DNA of 64,000 nucleotides from Tubulanus polymorphus (Eukaryota > Animalia > Nemertea), in the NCBI RefSeq assembly GCF_964204645.1, contig NW_027437462.1, forward strand, positions 27,001-91,000, written 5' to 3'. Below, one piece after another: positions 35,637-59,135 of the stretch. The first letter of the stretch is position 1; each line of letters starts with the position of its first letter. The translations under genes and the position numbers were made by a program. Under the pieces are notes generated by a model. That model did not search any database. It saw only the letters and a program-made list of their open reading frames with translations, and was not told where the DNA came from.

Positions 35637-38600
35637 ATGTTTAGCAGAAAACGTGAAGCTAAACCGGATCGGACCAGTAGTAGTAATGAGTTGATGTCTC
35701 AATTCGGTTTGTTGGATCCAATCGGTGAGTTTTAAATGTCATCGTCAATCTAAGCGCAGTTGGGCGTACATTGCACTAATTAGCGACAATAACCGTTGTT
35801 GTGTAAATGTATGATGGTGTTTTTAGGAGGTCCTGGTGATGCAGGGGTGAATGATGCAGATTTAGAGGCTGAACTCGCTCTACTGATGGGTGAATCACCA
35901 GTAGCGCCACCTAGCAGTAAACGGGCGCCTAAACGTCTCAACGCGGATCAAACTGGTGTCGATATATCTCAAATAAATCGATTGGCTCTCGATAGTTTGA
36001 ACAACATCGAAGATGATGATAATGATATATCAGATACTGAAGATAATCCTGATTTATTAGCTGAATTAGCAGGTACTATGATATTAAACATCAAGTCACT
36101 GTCTAATTAATGCTGTCTAATCACTGTCCAATATCGCTGTCATCAATTAATTACAGAATTATCAGCAGAGTCACCTGTAGTTAGCGCTGCAGTAAGTCCT
36201 GATCATCAGCATATTTACACACAACCACCTACACCACCAGGTGGTGCTACTATACAACCACCTGCACCACCAGGTGGCACTTCTACGGCTGATCCGAAAT
36301 CATTGGTGAAAGAACGTATGGATAATTATACGGAGGCTTTGAGGAACGCGCAATCAGCAAATGAGTCGTCTAAAGTATGTAGTAGTCCACATCCAGATCC
36401 CCTTGTATCCCTCTCTGACTCCCTCCCACTATCAGATCCCCTCGTATCCTCTCTGACTCCCTCCCACTATCAGATCCCCTCGTATCCCTCTCTGACTCCC
36501 TCCCACTATCAGATCCCCTCATATCCTCTCTGACTCCCTCCCACTATCAGATCCCCTCATATCCCTCTCTGACTCCCTCCCACTATCAGATCCCCTCATA
36601 TCCCTCTCTGACTCCCTCCCACTATCAGATCCCCTCATATCCCTCTCTGACTCCCTCCCACTATCAGATCCCCTCATATCCTCTCTGACTCCCTCCCACT
36701 ATCAGATCCCCTCATATCCTCTCTGACTCCCTCCCACTATCAGATCCCCTCATATCCCTCTCTGACTCCCTCCCACTATCAGATCCCCTCATATCCTCTC
36801 TGACTCCCTCCCACTATCAGATCCCCTCATATCCCTCTCTGACTCCCTCCCACTATCAGATCCCCTCATATCCCTCTCTGACTCCCTCCCACTATCAGAT
36901 CCCCTCATATCCCTCTCTGACTCCCTCCCACTATCAGATCCCCTCATATCCTCTCTGACTCCCTCCCACTATCAGATCCCCTCATATCCCTCTCTGACTC
37001 CCTCCCACTATCAGATCCCCTCATATCCTCTCTGACTCCCTCCCACTATCAGATCCCCTCATATCCCTCTCTGACTCCCTCCCACTATCAGATCCCCTCA
37101 TATCCTCTCTGACTCCCTCCCACTATCAGATCCCCTCATATCCCTCTCTGACTCCCTCCCACTATCAGATCCCCTCATATCCCTCTCTGACTCCCTCCCA
37201 CTATCAGATCCCCTCATATCCCTCTCTGACTCCCTCCCACTATCAGATCCCCTCAAATCCTCTCTGACTCCCTCCCACTATCAGATCCCCTCATATCCCT
37301 CTCTGACTCCCTCCCACTATCAGATCCCCTCATATCCCTCTCTGACTCCCTCCCACTATCAGATCCCCTCATATCCCTCTCTGACTCCCTCCCACTATCA
37401 GATCCCCTCAAATCCTCTCTGACTCCCTCCCACTATCAGATCCCCTCATATCCCTCTCTGACTCCCTCCCACTATCAGATCCCCTCATATCCCTCTCTGA
37501 CTCCCTCCCACTATCAGATCCCCTCATATCCCTCTCTGACTCCCTCCCACTATCAGATCCCCTCATATCCTCTCTGACTCCCTCCCACTATCAGATCCCC
37601 TCATATCCCTCTCTGACTCCCTCCCACTATCAGATCCCCTCATATCCTCTCTGACTCCCTCCCACTATCAGATCCCCTCATATCCCTCTCTGACTCCCTC
37701 CCACTATCAGATCCCCTCATATCCCTCTCTGACTCCCTCCCACTATCAGATCCCCTCATATCCTCTCTGACTCCCTCCCACTATCAGATCCCCTCATATC
37801 CCTCTCTGACTCCCTCCCACTATCAGATCCCCTCATATCCCTCTCTGACTCCCTCCCACTATCAGATCCCCTCAAATCCTCTCTGACTCCCTCCCACTAT
37901 CAGATCCCCTCATATCCCTCTCTGACTCCCTCCCACTATCAGATCCCCTCATATCCCTCTCTGACTCCCTCCCACTATCAGATCCCCTCATATCCCTCTC
38001 TGACTCCCTCCCACTATCAGATCCCCTCATATCCCTCTCTGACTCCCTCCCACTATCAGATCCCCTCAAATCCTCTCTGACTCCCTCCCACTATCAGATC
38101 CCTAACTCCTGAACCCTCCTATTCATAATAACGATAGTAAGTATTCCCACATGTTCCACTTATTTAACCATGGTTTATTTGTGTATTTGTTTAAAAGGTT
38201 AGAAGATTAAACCGTGGATTAAAAACATTGAACGATTTATCAAAAAAACTGAAGTCAGGAAAACAGATCAATGTCGACGATATTCCACCCCAGGTGGCGC
38301 TAGGTGTTCCATCAGCTACAGCTAGACCAGAGGAACCAGTCCAACAACAACCTGAACCAGTAAGACATGTGCCTGAACCAGTCCAACACAAGTCGGCACC
38401 AGTCCAACCGGAGTGCGATCAGTGTTAGTGTTGTGTATTTGTTTTTTCACCGTCGTTTTCATTGTGTCTGTCGTTCACATTGTTTTATGTTTCTATAGCG
38501 ACGAGTCAACAAGATTTGAACGTACTTCATCGTCGTAGAAACGAATATAAACAGGCGGCATTGTTGGCTAAACGTAATAATAATTTAGAGACGGCGAGAG

Positions 38601-40726
38601 AAATGTTTAAAATATCGAAACAATTCGACGCAGTAATAAATGCAGCAGAATCCGGTCAACCGGTCGACTTATCGGGAATGCCTCCGTCTCCATCGAGTAC
38701 AGCGCCATCTACTGTACAACAGAATACAGAGCCATCTACAGGTCAGTATTCGTACTATCGATCGTTCGTGTTTCAATTGATCGGAATCAAAATGTATTGA
38801 ATTGTTTAATGACTAGATGGCGCTAGTGAACCGGTAGCGGATGCCGAGGTGAAGAAGTTATTTAACGCACCTGACAAACCGAACTCAATATTAGAAGCGT
38901 TAGAACAGAGACTTGAGAAATATCGGTCTGGAGTCGAATCAGCGAAATCTGAGAATAATTCTGGGAAAGCTCGAAGAATGGGTCGAATTGTAAAACAATA
39001 TGAGGACGCGATTAAATCGTATAAATCTGGTCGATCGGTCGACTTTCAGGAATTACCTACTCCTCCGGGATTCCATCCAATTCCATTAGATTCTACACCT
39101 TCTCAACCTGTCGCCCCTCCTCCTAAAGTCGTATCACCCGAACGAGTTACTACCCCTCCTCGTAAAGTGGTATCGCCTGGAAATCAGCTGCCATCGAAAC
39201 AGTTGCAACAATTAGCTTTTATTAAAGAAAGACAAAAACAATTCAAGGTAAATCAATGATTATTGATTAGAATTAACGATAATTTGGTGAATGTATTACA
39301 GCGAATTGTTTCATGTCTTCGTTAATAGGTGGCGGCGCTGAAAGCTAAACAAGCTGGTAATCTAGAGGGCGCTAGAGAATATCTAAGATCGGCGAAAGGT
39401 TTTGATTCGATGATCGAAGCGATTTCAAATGGATTGAAAATCAATATGTCGAATATACCTCGTCCACCGGGTGAGTATTAATTAAACAAAGAGTTAAACT
39501 AATCCAGGGTTTACAAGAGTATGTGATATATTTGATGTGTTTCAGGTTTAGATGAAGAAAGCATCGAAGGTTTTGAGTTTGTAGAAGTCAGCGACGTCAG
39601 TGAAGAATTCATTCCTGATTCTAATCGCGATGAAACTTATAAACGCCTCGAACAAGAGTTAATTATACAAATGAAACAATGTGGCAATAACTATGAACAC
39701 TACACGCAAATCGGTGATGTCATCAACGCGAGAAAATTCGAAAAAATGGCTCAAAATTCTCGTAAAGATTTGGACGTATTAAAGAATGCGTATCGTCATG
39801 GCGACCCGGTACCGAGATTTCATTATGAGAATCGTAAGTTTACGATGGTTCAATGTTGCACGGATTTGAGCGAAAATGATTTACAGATTCATATCATACG
39901 CGGTTTACAGTTGAGTAACGAATTCGATTCTTACGTGAAATTTGAATTTCCGTATCCGTCTAATGAGCCGCAGAAATTTGAGAGCGCCACCTATAGGAGT
40001 TCCAATTCACCGGAATACGACGAGAATTTCAAAATCGAGATAAACCGAAAGTCGAAAGCGTTTTTAAGAGTCGTTAAATTGAAGAGTTTGAAATTAGAAG
40101 TTTTTTACAAACGTGGATTTTTCAAAAGTGATAAATTCTTGGGTTCGATTTCTGTGAAATTGCAGCCATTAGAAGATAAATGTGAGATTCACGAATGTTT
40201 AGATTTATTAGACGGACGACGACCTTGCGGAGGGAAATTAGAGGTCAAAATAAGAGTTCGAGATCCGTTTATAAATAAACAAATTGAGAATATCGAACAT
40301 AAATGGTTAATTCTCGATTCTATAATGCGTAGTCCACCAACAGGGGGAGCTACCGGTGGTAGCAGTGCTCAAAGTATCGAAGTTTTGAAATATGAGAAGA
40401 AATTATTGGATGAGAAAATCGAGAAAAACCGCGAGAAACTTTCACCGAGTCAAATTGAGAATTTATCACGAGCGAGTTCAAAATTAGAAAATCAAGCAAC
40501 GGAAATTCAGAGTCAAATTCGTAAACAAGGTACGGATGGTTACCGTAGTTACGCCAAGAATATCCAGTCGTTAATTAGCATTTATGCTAACGAAGCGCAG
40601 CTACAATTAAAATCACAGAATCGCGAAAAAGCGCAAGTGAATTTAACGAAGAAGAAAATAGTTGAACGGGAAATACTGACTATAAACAGCAGATTAAACC
40701 CGAAATCACAAACTTGTAACATTTAA
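35637..40726 (+). CDS. CC2D1: Coiled-coil and C2 domain-containing protein 1 (Lgd/CC2D1A/B), multi-exon
   Basis: DLEAELALL N-terminal motif; four DM14 repeats (KERMDNY..IPPQV; RRNEYKQAAL..MPPSP; LEQRLEKY..LPTPPGF; ERQKQFKVAAL..IPRPP); PVPRFHYE; C2 domain (YVKFEFPYP..SPEYDENFK..KRGFFKSDKFLG..GGKLEVKIRVRDP). Confidence 0.92.
36393..38102. repeat. Intronic minisatellite, 38/39-nt unit (ATCAGATCCCCTCATATCCCTCTCTGACTCCCTCCCACT)
   Basis: About 44 copies inside a CC2D1 intron. Confidence 0.95.
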
Positions 40727-41007
40727 AAACAGATTATTATAAACAAAACCCTGCTGAGCTTAAACTGTAGATGTTGCTATTGGCCTTGTTTCATTTGAAT
40801 TACAGAAATAAAATCATTTATTATTCAATTTATTTGTTTATCTTTTATTGTCAAGAAAAGGAAACTGAGTTTTTGGATGAATATTATCTTCATTCAGTTT
40901 CGAACCGACAGCGATAAGTGATACAATTTCTTCATAGATGTCACTAGTAGTATTTCAAGATTGTCCGGGTCGTAACCCGTATGACATGACCGGAATAAAG
41001 GCCTTGC

Positions 41008-41206
41008 CCTAGGGTTAGGGTTACCTGACATGTCCGACTCGTTCACAGCCGTCAAACCCTGGTTTGGTAACCCTAACCCTAGGTCGACGGATTTTAACCC
41101 TAGGGTTAGGGTTACCTGACATGTCCGACTCGTTCACAGCCGTCAAACCCCGGTTTGGTAACCCTAACCCTAGGTCGACGGATTTTTAACCCTAGGGTTA
41201 GGGTTA
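41008..41206. repeat. Tandem 91-bp units bounded by inverted telomere-like repeats (CCTAGGGTTAGGGTTACC ... GGTAACCCTAACCCTAGG)
   Basis: Perfect 18-bp inverted repeats at 41008-41025 and 41066-41083; second unit 41099-41174; a third half-site at 41191-41206. Confidence 0.85.
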
Positions 41207-41270
41207 TCAAAGTCGTTGCCGGTCGGTCCGAGCAGTTGCCCGCCGTCTCTAATGCATTTGTTGATTTAAA

Positions 41271-43400
41271 ATGGCGTCGTTTTCGCATTCCAGCTTTGAT
41301 TATGTTCCCTCTTATAAAAACTGTATTTTAGATATGGTTGAAGCTTTGAAAAAGCGATGGATCGAAACTTCACAAACAGATCAAGGAAATTACTTGTCAA
41401 AATTTATCGAAGATGTCAGAAATAATTGTGTAATTACGCGAGAAGATTATATTTTAATGGTTGTTTTAGCGCTGTTATGGACGATATTACGCTACGCTTT
41501 TCAATTCGCTGTATTTAAAGTAAGAATCCAAACTCCTCTTCCTCCAAACTCCCCCCTTCCCCCTCCCCCTTTCTCCCTAATTTGAATACCAGATGATGTA
41601 TAAACTACGCTCATGGACCCCGATAATTCTACCAATCCTCTCACTGCACCCCTCTCCACTCCTGCTCTCTGATCCTCACCGTCACTCTCCTGCTCTCTGA
41701 TCCTCACCGTCACTCTCCTGCTCTCTGATCCTCACCGTCACTCTCCTGCTCTCTGATCCTCACCGTCACTCTCTGATCCTCACTCCTGCTCTCACACCCC
41801 CCGGCCATGGATGATTCACTATATATTTACTGTCTATTTTCAGCCATTTGCAAAATTGATGGGAATGAAAAAAATCAACCAATATAAATTTGCAGAAAGT
41901 GCTTGGAAAGAGATGTTTTACTTTTCAACTTGGTTCTTAACTATCTATATTCTATTTATTGATGGACGTTATGATTATTTCACGCGACATCTTTCAATCT
42001 GGAAGGGTTAGTAATAATATACATCAGTTACCAGACACATAGGGTACGCTGACCTCAGCTGCCAGTGTCTGCTCTAGTATGGGCCCTACTAATAATTAGT
42101 CGTATTTATGCACAGATTGGAGCCCTCAGTCGCCAGTGCCTGCTCTAGTTTACTAGTTGTATATATGTATTTACAGATTGGAGCCCTCAGTTGCCAGTGC
42201 CTGCTCTAGTATACTGGTTGTATATGATACAGTTGAGTTTCTACATACACTCTGTTTATGGTACTCTGTTTATGGATCAGTGGAGAAGTGATTCGATCGT
42301 CATGTTGTTTCATCATTTCCTCACTTTGTGTCTTATCGCATTTTCCCACGCAAATAGGTATGTAATGGGCGTGGTCTTGGCCGTCAGTGGGCATGGTCTC
42401 GGCTGTCAGTGGGCGGTGTCTTGGCCGTCAGTGGGCATGGTCACGGCTGTCAGTGGGCGGTGTCTTGGCCGTCAGTGGGCATGGTCTCGGCTGTCAGTGG
42501 GTGTGGTTTCAGCTGTCAGTGGGTGTGGTTTCAGCTATCTGTGGGCGTGGTTTCAGCTATCATTCTCTAACTATGACTATATATTTATAGGTTCTTTAAG
42601 ATCGGAGTGCTTGTATTTTTCGTACATGATGGAACTGATATCCTACTAGAATTCGCTAAGTGTAATGTTTATATGAAAGATCGAGGCGGATTCTGGAAGG
42701 AATTTCATGACAAAATTTCAGCTGTCGTATTCGTTGCGTTCACTATATCCTGGTAGGTACTAACTGTGGAAGGTGAGGGGAGGGTACTGTACTGTGGCAG
42801 GTGAGGGGAGGGTACTGTACTGTGGCAGGTGAGGTGGGAGGTTACCGTACTGTGGCAGGTGAGGGGAGGAGGTTGCTAACTGTGGCAGGTGACTAACTGT
42901 TACAGATGGTTGTGTATTTGCAGGTTTGTGTTGAGATTATACTGGTTTCCGTTGAAAGTTGTTTATTCTGGAACTGTCGGTTCAGTTGATAATCACACAA
43001 TTCCATTCTATTTCTTCCTCAATATTCAACTGTACATTCTACAAGCACTTAATATTTACTGGTTCTGTGTAAGTATCACACTCTCCCCTCGTACTCCCCT
43101 CATGCTCCCCTCGTACTCCCCTCGTACTCCCCTCATTCTAACAGAGAGCGTCTCACTATTATTTTCAGTATATCGTTTTGTTCCTGATTAAAGTCGTAAC
43201 CGGCGAACTACAAGAAATGGAGGACATTCGCGAAGAGGAAGTGCTTGAAAAAATCAATAATAAACATACCGTGCGGTAACTATTACTACTAGCTCCATCT
43301 ATGGATAACGTATGAACTACTGTTACTATCTATTGATCGTGTTTATTTCAGGGACAATGGCGCCCGGCAACGTAAAACACGTACCAAGAAAGAGAATTAA
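41271..43400 (+). CDS. CERS1: Ceramide synthase 1-like (TLC/Lag1p domain, no Hox domain), multi-exon
   Basis: KFAESAWKEMFY, FYIHSVYGTLFMDQWRSDSIVMLFHHFLTLCLIAFS, IGVLVFFVHDGTDILLEFAK (Lag1p motif), WFVLRLYWFPLKV, FFLNIQLYILQALNIYWF, EMEDIREEE; C-terminal KKEN* (KKxx ER-retrieval signal). Confidence 0.88.
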
Positions 43401-44554
43401 AGCAATCTTAGATTAACCCTGTATTAAAGGGATTTATGGACTGTTTGAATTTACTCAGGATCAATGGATACTGATTATAAAGGATCGTTCTCGATTACTG
43501 TTTAGAGCGCCACCTATTGATGAAGTATCTAACTCCGTCCCAGAGTAGTATATAGTATAAATCATATCTTCGACTGAAACCTCAGTTGCCAGGGTACAAT
43601 TGAACCAGTTCTACCTACAGTCCACACCCCTCACTTGCCACAGGGGTTTTTACATTTTTGTACTTAGAAAGCATTAATCTACAAATAGAGATAAATGATG
43701 TTTAATTATTTATTCGTATAATTTAATTAATTTATTGATTTATTCATATGATTTAATTCTGTGATTATTATTTTCCTTCCAATTAAATATTTCTGTCTGA
43801 TATTTATAATTTAATCTGTCTGATTTAATCCTGTCTCATTAATCTGCTGAGATTATCATATAATCTTTTGGATTAATAGTATTAATGGAAGGAGATCTCA
43901 TTGAATCTGTCTTTAGAATTAAGAATGGATTTTTTTTTAACTTCACAAATTGCCTCGATTTTTTCACTTAAGATGTCGTTTACACATATTTTATGTAGTG
44001 AATTTTTGAATAGATGTAATTAAATAATTATATTTAAAAAAAAACTTGCGCATTTTCGTTGTTTAATTAGGATTTTAGATGATTTCGGAGGGCTTAGATA
44101 CAACAGAAAGAACAGCCATTTCGTGGCTATTGAGCTGAATGCGAAACCTCCCTCTGGAAAAATGTTGGCTGTTGCGATCAACCTCCCACTGTATAATTCG
44201 CAGATCCAAACAACGGCCACCTCCCGCGCAAGTAGGCTGTTCAAGATATCTCCCTCCAGTAGCTGGCTGTTCTAGCGAACCTCCCCCGGGCACCTGCTAC
44301 CTAGCAACTGATATATACAAGATGGCGGCTAGTTGAACGGGTTCAGTTTGAGCGGATATTATTTCAAAGATTTATTTGTTGTTTCTAATGTGAACGAATG
44401 TATAAATATAACTGCAGAGAAATCGATTCGAAAAGTCGGTAAAAATTGATAACATAAACGTGCAGTTTATAACCTTAGAAGCGAATTACTGATTGAAACT
44501 GCGATTAAGTGAGACTGATCTAATTTATCTGTATTGTAAAATAAAGGTGGTAAG

Positions 44555-55020
<10,466 letters not shown>

Positions 55021-55066
55021 ACTATAAACAATTATACCGTTAGAGATTGTGATACTGTGACATTAG

Positions 55067-55067
55067 T

Positions 55068-55099
<32 letters not shown>

Positions 55100-55968
55100 T
55101 GCAGAAGTAACTGTGATCAGTGTTTGCAGCAGCTGCAGTAGGACGTACTGTGATCTGTGTTTGCAGCAGCAGCAGTAGGACGTACTGTGATCTGTGTTTG
55201 CAGCAGCAGCAGCAGGTGATACTGTGATCTGTGTTTGCAGCAGCAGCAGGTGATGCTGTGATCTGTGTTTGCAGCAGCAGCAGGAGATGCTGTGATCTGT
55301 GTTTGCAGCAGCAGCAGGTGATGCTGTGATCTGTGTTTGCAGCTGCTGCAGGTGATGCTGTGATCTGTGTTTGCAGCAGCTGCAGTAGGACGTACTGTGA
55401 TCAGTGTTTGCAGCTGCTGCAGTAGGACGTACTGTGATCTGTGTTTGCAGCAGCAGCAGCAGGTGATACTGTGATCTGTGTTTGCAGCAGCAGCAGGTGA
55501 TGCTGTGATCTGTGTTTGCAGCAGCAGCAGGAGATGCTGTGATCTGTGTTTGCAGCAGCAGCAGGTGATGCTGTGATCTGTGTTTGCAGCAGCAGCAGGA
55601 GATGCTGTGATCTGTGTTTGCAGCAGCAGCAGGTGATGCTGTGATCTGTGTTTGCAGCAGCAGCAGGAGATGCTGTGATCTGTGTTTGCAGCAGCAGCAG
55701 GTGATGCTGTGATCAGTGTTTGCAGCAGCTGCAGTAGGACGTACTGTGATCTGTGTTTGCAGCAGCTGCAGTAGGACGTACTGTGATCAGTGTTTGCAGC
55801 TGCTGCAGTAGGACGTACTGTGATCAGTGTTTGCAGCAGCTGCAGTAGGACGTACTGTAATCAGTGTTTGCAGCAGCTGCAGTAGGACGTACTGTGATCT
55901 GTGTTTGCAGCAGCTGCAGTAGGACGTACTGTGACCTGTGTTTGCAGCTGCATGTGATCTGTGTTTGG
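55067..55968. repeat. CAG-rich minisatellite (about 30-33-nt unit, CTGTGATCTGTGTTTGCAGCAGC...) in the WDR49 3' UTR region
   Basis: Lies between the stop at 55020 and AATAAA at 56081. Confidence 0.9.
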
Positions 55969-56258
55969 ATTATAATGCTGTAAATTTCTTGTTGTTTTTA
56001 TGTGATAATGATTTAGATTTTTTGAAATGTATTTATCTAAAATCTAAAGTGATCTATTTATTAACTGTCTTTATATTGTGAATAAATATTGACTCAATGA
56101 AATAATAATAATAATTTAATTTCTATCAGATTTCTATGTTGGTTTGTTTGAGTGCATTTGAATGGACAAATGACGTCGATACTGACAAATTTAATTGAGA
56201 AGAAACAAACTCCGACGACGATACGTTTTACATTAAAAAAAACGTACAAATCCACAAA

Positions 56259-56430
56259 ACCCTGACCCTAGCTAGGATTCGAACCAGGGAACTCAAACCT
56301 TGTCAGCACAGCACGCTGACCACTAGACCGGCACCGGATCGTAGTGACCGAGTTATATTTGCTTAGCGCGGGGACCATTGATCAGTCATGTGTGGAGACT
56401 CCTTATTCATACTCTCTATCATTCTAACAG
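56259..56430 (-). mobile_element. tRNA-derived SINE-like element (copy A)
   Basis: Minus strand has A-box-like GGTCTAGTGG and B-box GGTTCGAATCC; similar to 58455-58650. Confidence 0.55.
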
Positions 56431-56595
56431 TTTTGAATTTTTTATAAAAGTTTTGAAGTCTAAGGCATACGATGAGCAGTAAATCAAGTAAAAATCTCAT
56501 TATTCTGGATTTAAGCATTAATTAATATTGTCGCCCACACCTGACTGGTCACAACACTGACCCGACATATTTAAAAATTCGGACAATCGCTACTG

Positions 56596-56670
56596 TTCAG
56601 TGGCCTAGTGGTTAGTGTGACCGGCTGCCATGGTGCAGGTTGCAAGTTCAAATCCTGCTAGGGTTAGGAT
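56596..56670 (+). mobile_element. Degenerate tRNA-like/SINE head (copy C)
   Basis: TGGCCTAGTGGTTAG...AGTTCAAATCCTGCTAGGGTTAGG; the acceptor stem does not pair, so it is not a functional tRNA. Confidence 0.45.
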
Positions 56671-56949
56671 TTTAGGATAAATTCATTTTGATCCCTATAT
56701 CATAACTTCCAAAGGTTAAACGAGACTGTTAGGCAGAAAACCCGTTATCGCTGTTTTGCAGCTATATTTAATTTCATGAAACAAACAGTTCAATACTGAG
56801 AAAATTGTTTTAATTGTTGATATCGAAAAGCTTTTGAAACGGTTTGAAATTATTACTTGGGCGTCCACGTCTGTGAGTTGAGTTTTAAATCAAATTCACA
56901 AATATGGAACTGAGATCGGAAAGACTGAGCGATTCGTTGCTGTATCTCT

Positions 56950-57931
56950 ATCAAGCTAACTCCACAAGATTCCCATCATCGCACGGATTTAAGTAAAAAA
57001 AAACGTCTTCTAAAATAAAAGAAATAACGTTTTTCTGAATTGTTTGTTTACGATGTATAAAGTATGAAATTGACACATGAATTTGAAAGTGACGTAACCC
57101 CAGATATTTGATTTACTACGTCTGTTCGAAATGTGCGACCTCCGAATTTACCGAGAAATCCTGGAAATTCTAGAACGGTAAATACAATACTCATTGAAAT
57201 CACCATTTTAGTAGCTTTCGTTTGATTTTGAGATGTTGATATTTTAGACGCCGACAGAATTTCACGTTGCTTATTTTTGACGTTTAGGACAATAATTAGA
57301 GCTATATTTGCAGCGAGAACTAAAATATTTGAAATAACAATTCGGATGATCGGGTCTATATATCTGTTCATTAGATTATAAATAGTTTCATAGATACCGG
57401 GAGTGTAAAATTCATAATGAATAAATCGAAATCCTTTATATCTAGTAGACAATCTAACTCTCATCGTTATAGGGTAATAATGACAACGATAATTATACCC
57501 GTAATGGTGACCAGTGGTTTCAGGCTGCGTTTTACTTTTAGCGGAAACATTATAGTAACCAATCTTTCGCATTGAATTATGACGGTTAAATAATTCCGGA
57601 ACACAAGAAATCCTTTTGTAAAAAAACTCGCCCATATGTTTAGGTGAACGGGAGAAATTCGGTTATTAGGAAATCTCTTGATCGAGTCACCGAATCGCGC
57701 GTAGTGGATTTAATAACGAACTGGATCCTGAATAAACTTCCACAGCAAAAACAGAACGTCTATGAATGCGAGCAGTTTCAGTAAATCGAAGCAGCGGTTT
57801 TAGTTTTCAGTTTGTTAAATAAAACGATAACCATCATGTTGAATATTACACCGGACTGTGACAAGGCTCGGTGTAATATACCATACAAACTCCCAGAGAG
57901 GATTGTTAAATTCGACTGCAGTTTCGTTCAT
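56950..57931 (-). pseudogene. Intronless class A (rhodopsin-like, peptide-receptor/chemoreceptor type) GPCR, disrupted
   Basis: MNETAVEFNNPLWEFVWYITPSLVTV, then frameshifted GVIFNMMVIVLF (TM1) and LKLLAFIDVLFLL (TM2). The 195-aa ORF covers TM5-7 (LVLAANIALII; KATKMVISMSIVFTVLEFP; NSCVNFILY) and stops immediately after NFILYTS. A TM3/DRY region is not recognisable. The lower boundary is approximate. Confidence 0.7.
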
Positions 57932-58454
57932 TATTTTAGAACGATCTGCTAGGGCTAGTGTGAAAACATTATCTATACTGAATTAGCATTAGTTCTGATT
58001 TGATTTGTACATTTAATAGATTTACATCAATTTGTGCGTCGGAAAATAAATTGAATGAATGAATAAATTTGACGCCAAATTCAATAAAATACCATCTATT
58101 CAGTCTACAGTAGATTCACAACTAAAGTTTAAAAGCTGAAACCCGAATTCAGAAATTAGAGTTTAATTCGGTGCAGTAAAAGATGGTCCAATATCATTCT
58201 TTTTGGTCACCGGAGATACAGAATTTTGCAAAAGCGAAGGAGAAACATTGTTTACTTCACGAGATATTCTAAAATGGAAATAGAAATAAAAAAGTGCATT
58301 TTCCGATGAAAATCTTGGAAGGACTGCTAGAAACCCGGTTAACACGGCTACTATACGAATTTTATAAAATGAAAAAAAAACGACAATTAACGATAGGAGT
58401 TCTAGAATATATAAAAACAAGGGAAGAAATAGATGATAACTTCAAGAGCCCCGT

Positions 58455-58650
58455 AACCCTAACCCTAGGATTCGAACCATGCACCTCAAGCTTGCCAGCA
58501 CAGCACGCTGACCACTAGTCCACCGGATCGTTGTTACTGAGTTAGTTAGTAAGTTTGTCTGTTTAGGGCGGGGACCATTAGTGAGGTGATCGGTGACGTG
58601 TGGAGACTCTATTCACAAACAATTCCTACCATCATTATATCAGTTTCTAA
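58455..58650 (-). mobile_element. tRNA-derived SINE-like element (copy B)
   Basis: Minus strand CCGGTGGACTAGTGGTCAGCGTG...GGTTCGAATCCTAGGGTTAGGGTTA; shares about 110 nt of upstream sequence with copy A. Confidence 0.55.
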
Positions 58651-58928
58651 TCAGACCCTCGATTGCAGCCAGTAATAAACTGAAGCCTTTCTCATCTACA
58701 ACACCTTATAAATATTTGTAGGAATGACGTCGATACTGTACAAATTCCTGAATTATAAATCACTGTACAAAATCTCATTGATATCAAACTAAGTTTATTA
58801 TTTTTCTGTGTCAATAAGAAATTCTAGAATTCTAATTTATCAAGGTATTTCTTCTATCCCCGAGACTTGTCCGCCGGAACCTATCACATCATTGTGAAAA
58901 TGGTAGTAGAGCCTGTACCAATGTGAAC

Positions 58929-59135
58929 CCACACACGGGGCTTCCGGCTACACAGCCCCACACGGGGCTTCCGGCTACACAGCCCCACACTGGGCTTCCG
59001 GCTACACAGCCCCACACTGGGCTTCCGGCTACACAGCCCCACACGGGGCTTCCGGCTACACAGCCCCACACGGGGCTTCCGGCTACACAGCCCCACACGG
59101 GGCTTCCGGCTACACAGCCCACACAGGGCTTCCGA
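58929..59135. repeat. Intergenic minisatellite, 27-nt unit (CGGGGCTTCCGGCTACACAGCCCCACA)
   Basis: About 7 copies in a GC-rich island. Confidence 0.92.

Noticed and set aside
56259-58530. Functional tRNA genes
   Set aside because: A and B boxes are present, but acceptor and anticodon stems do not pair and anticodon-position triplets differ between copies; treated as SINE-like.
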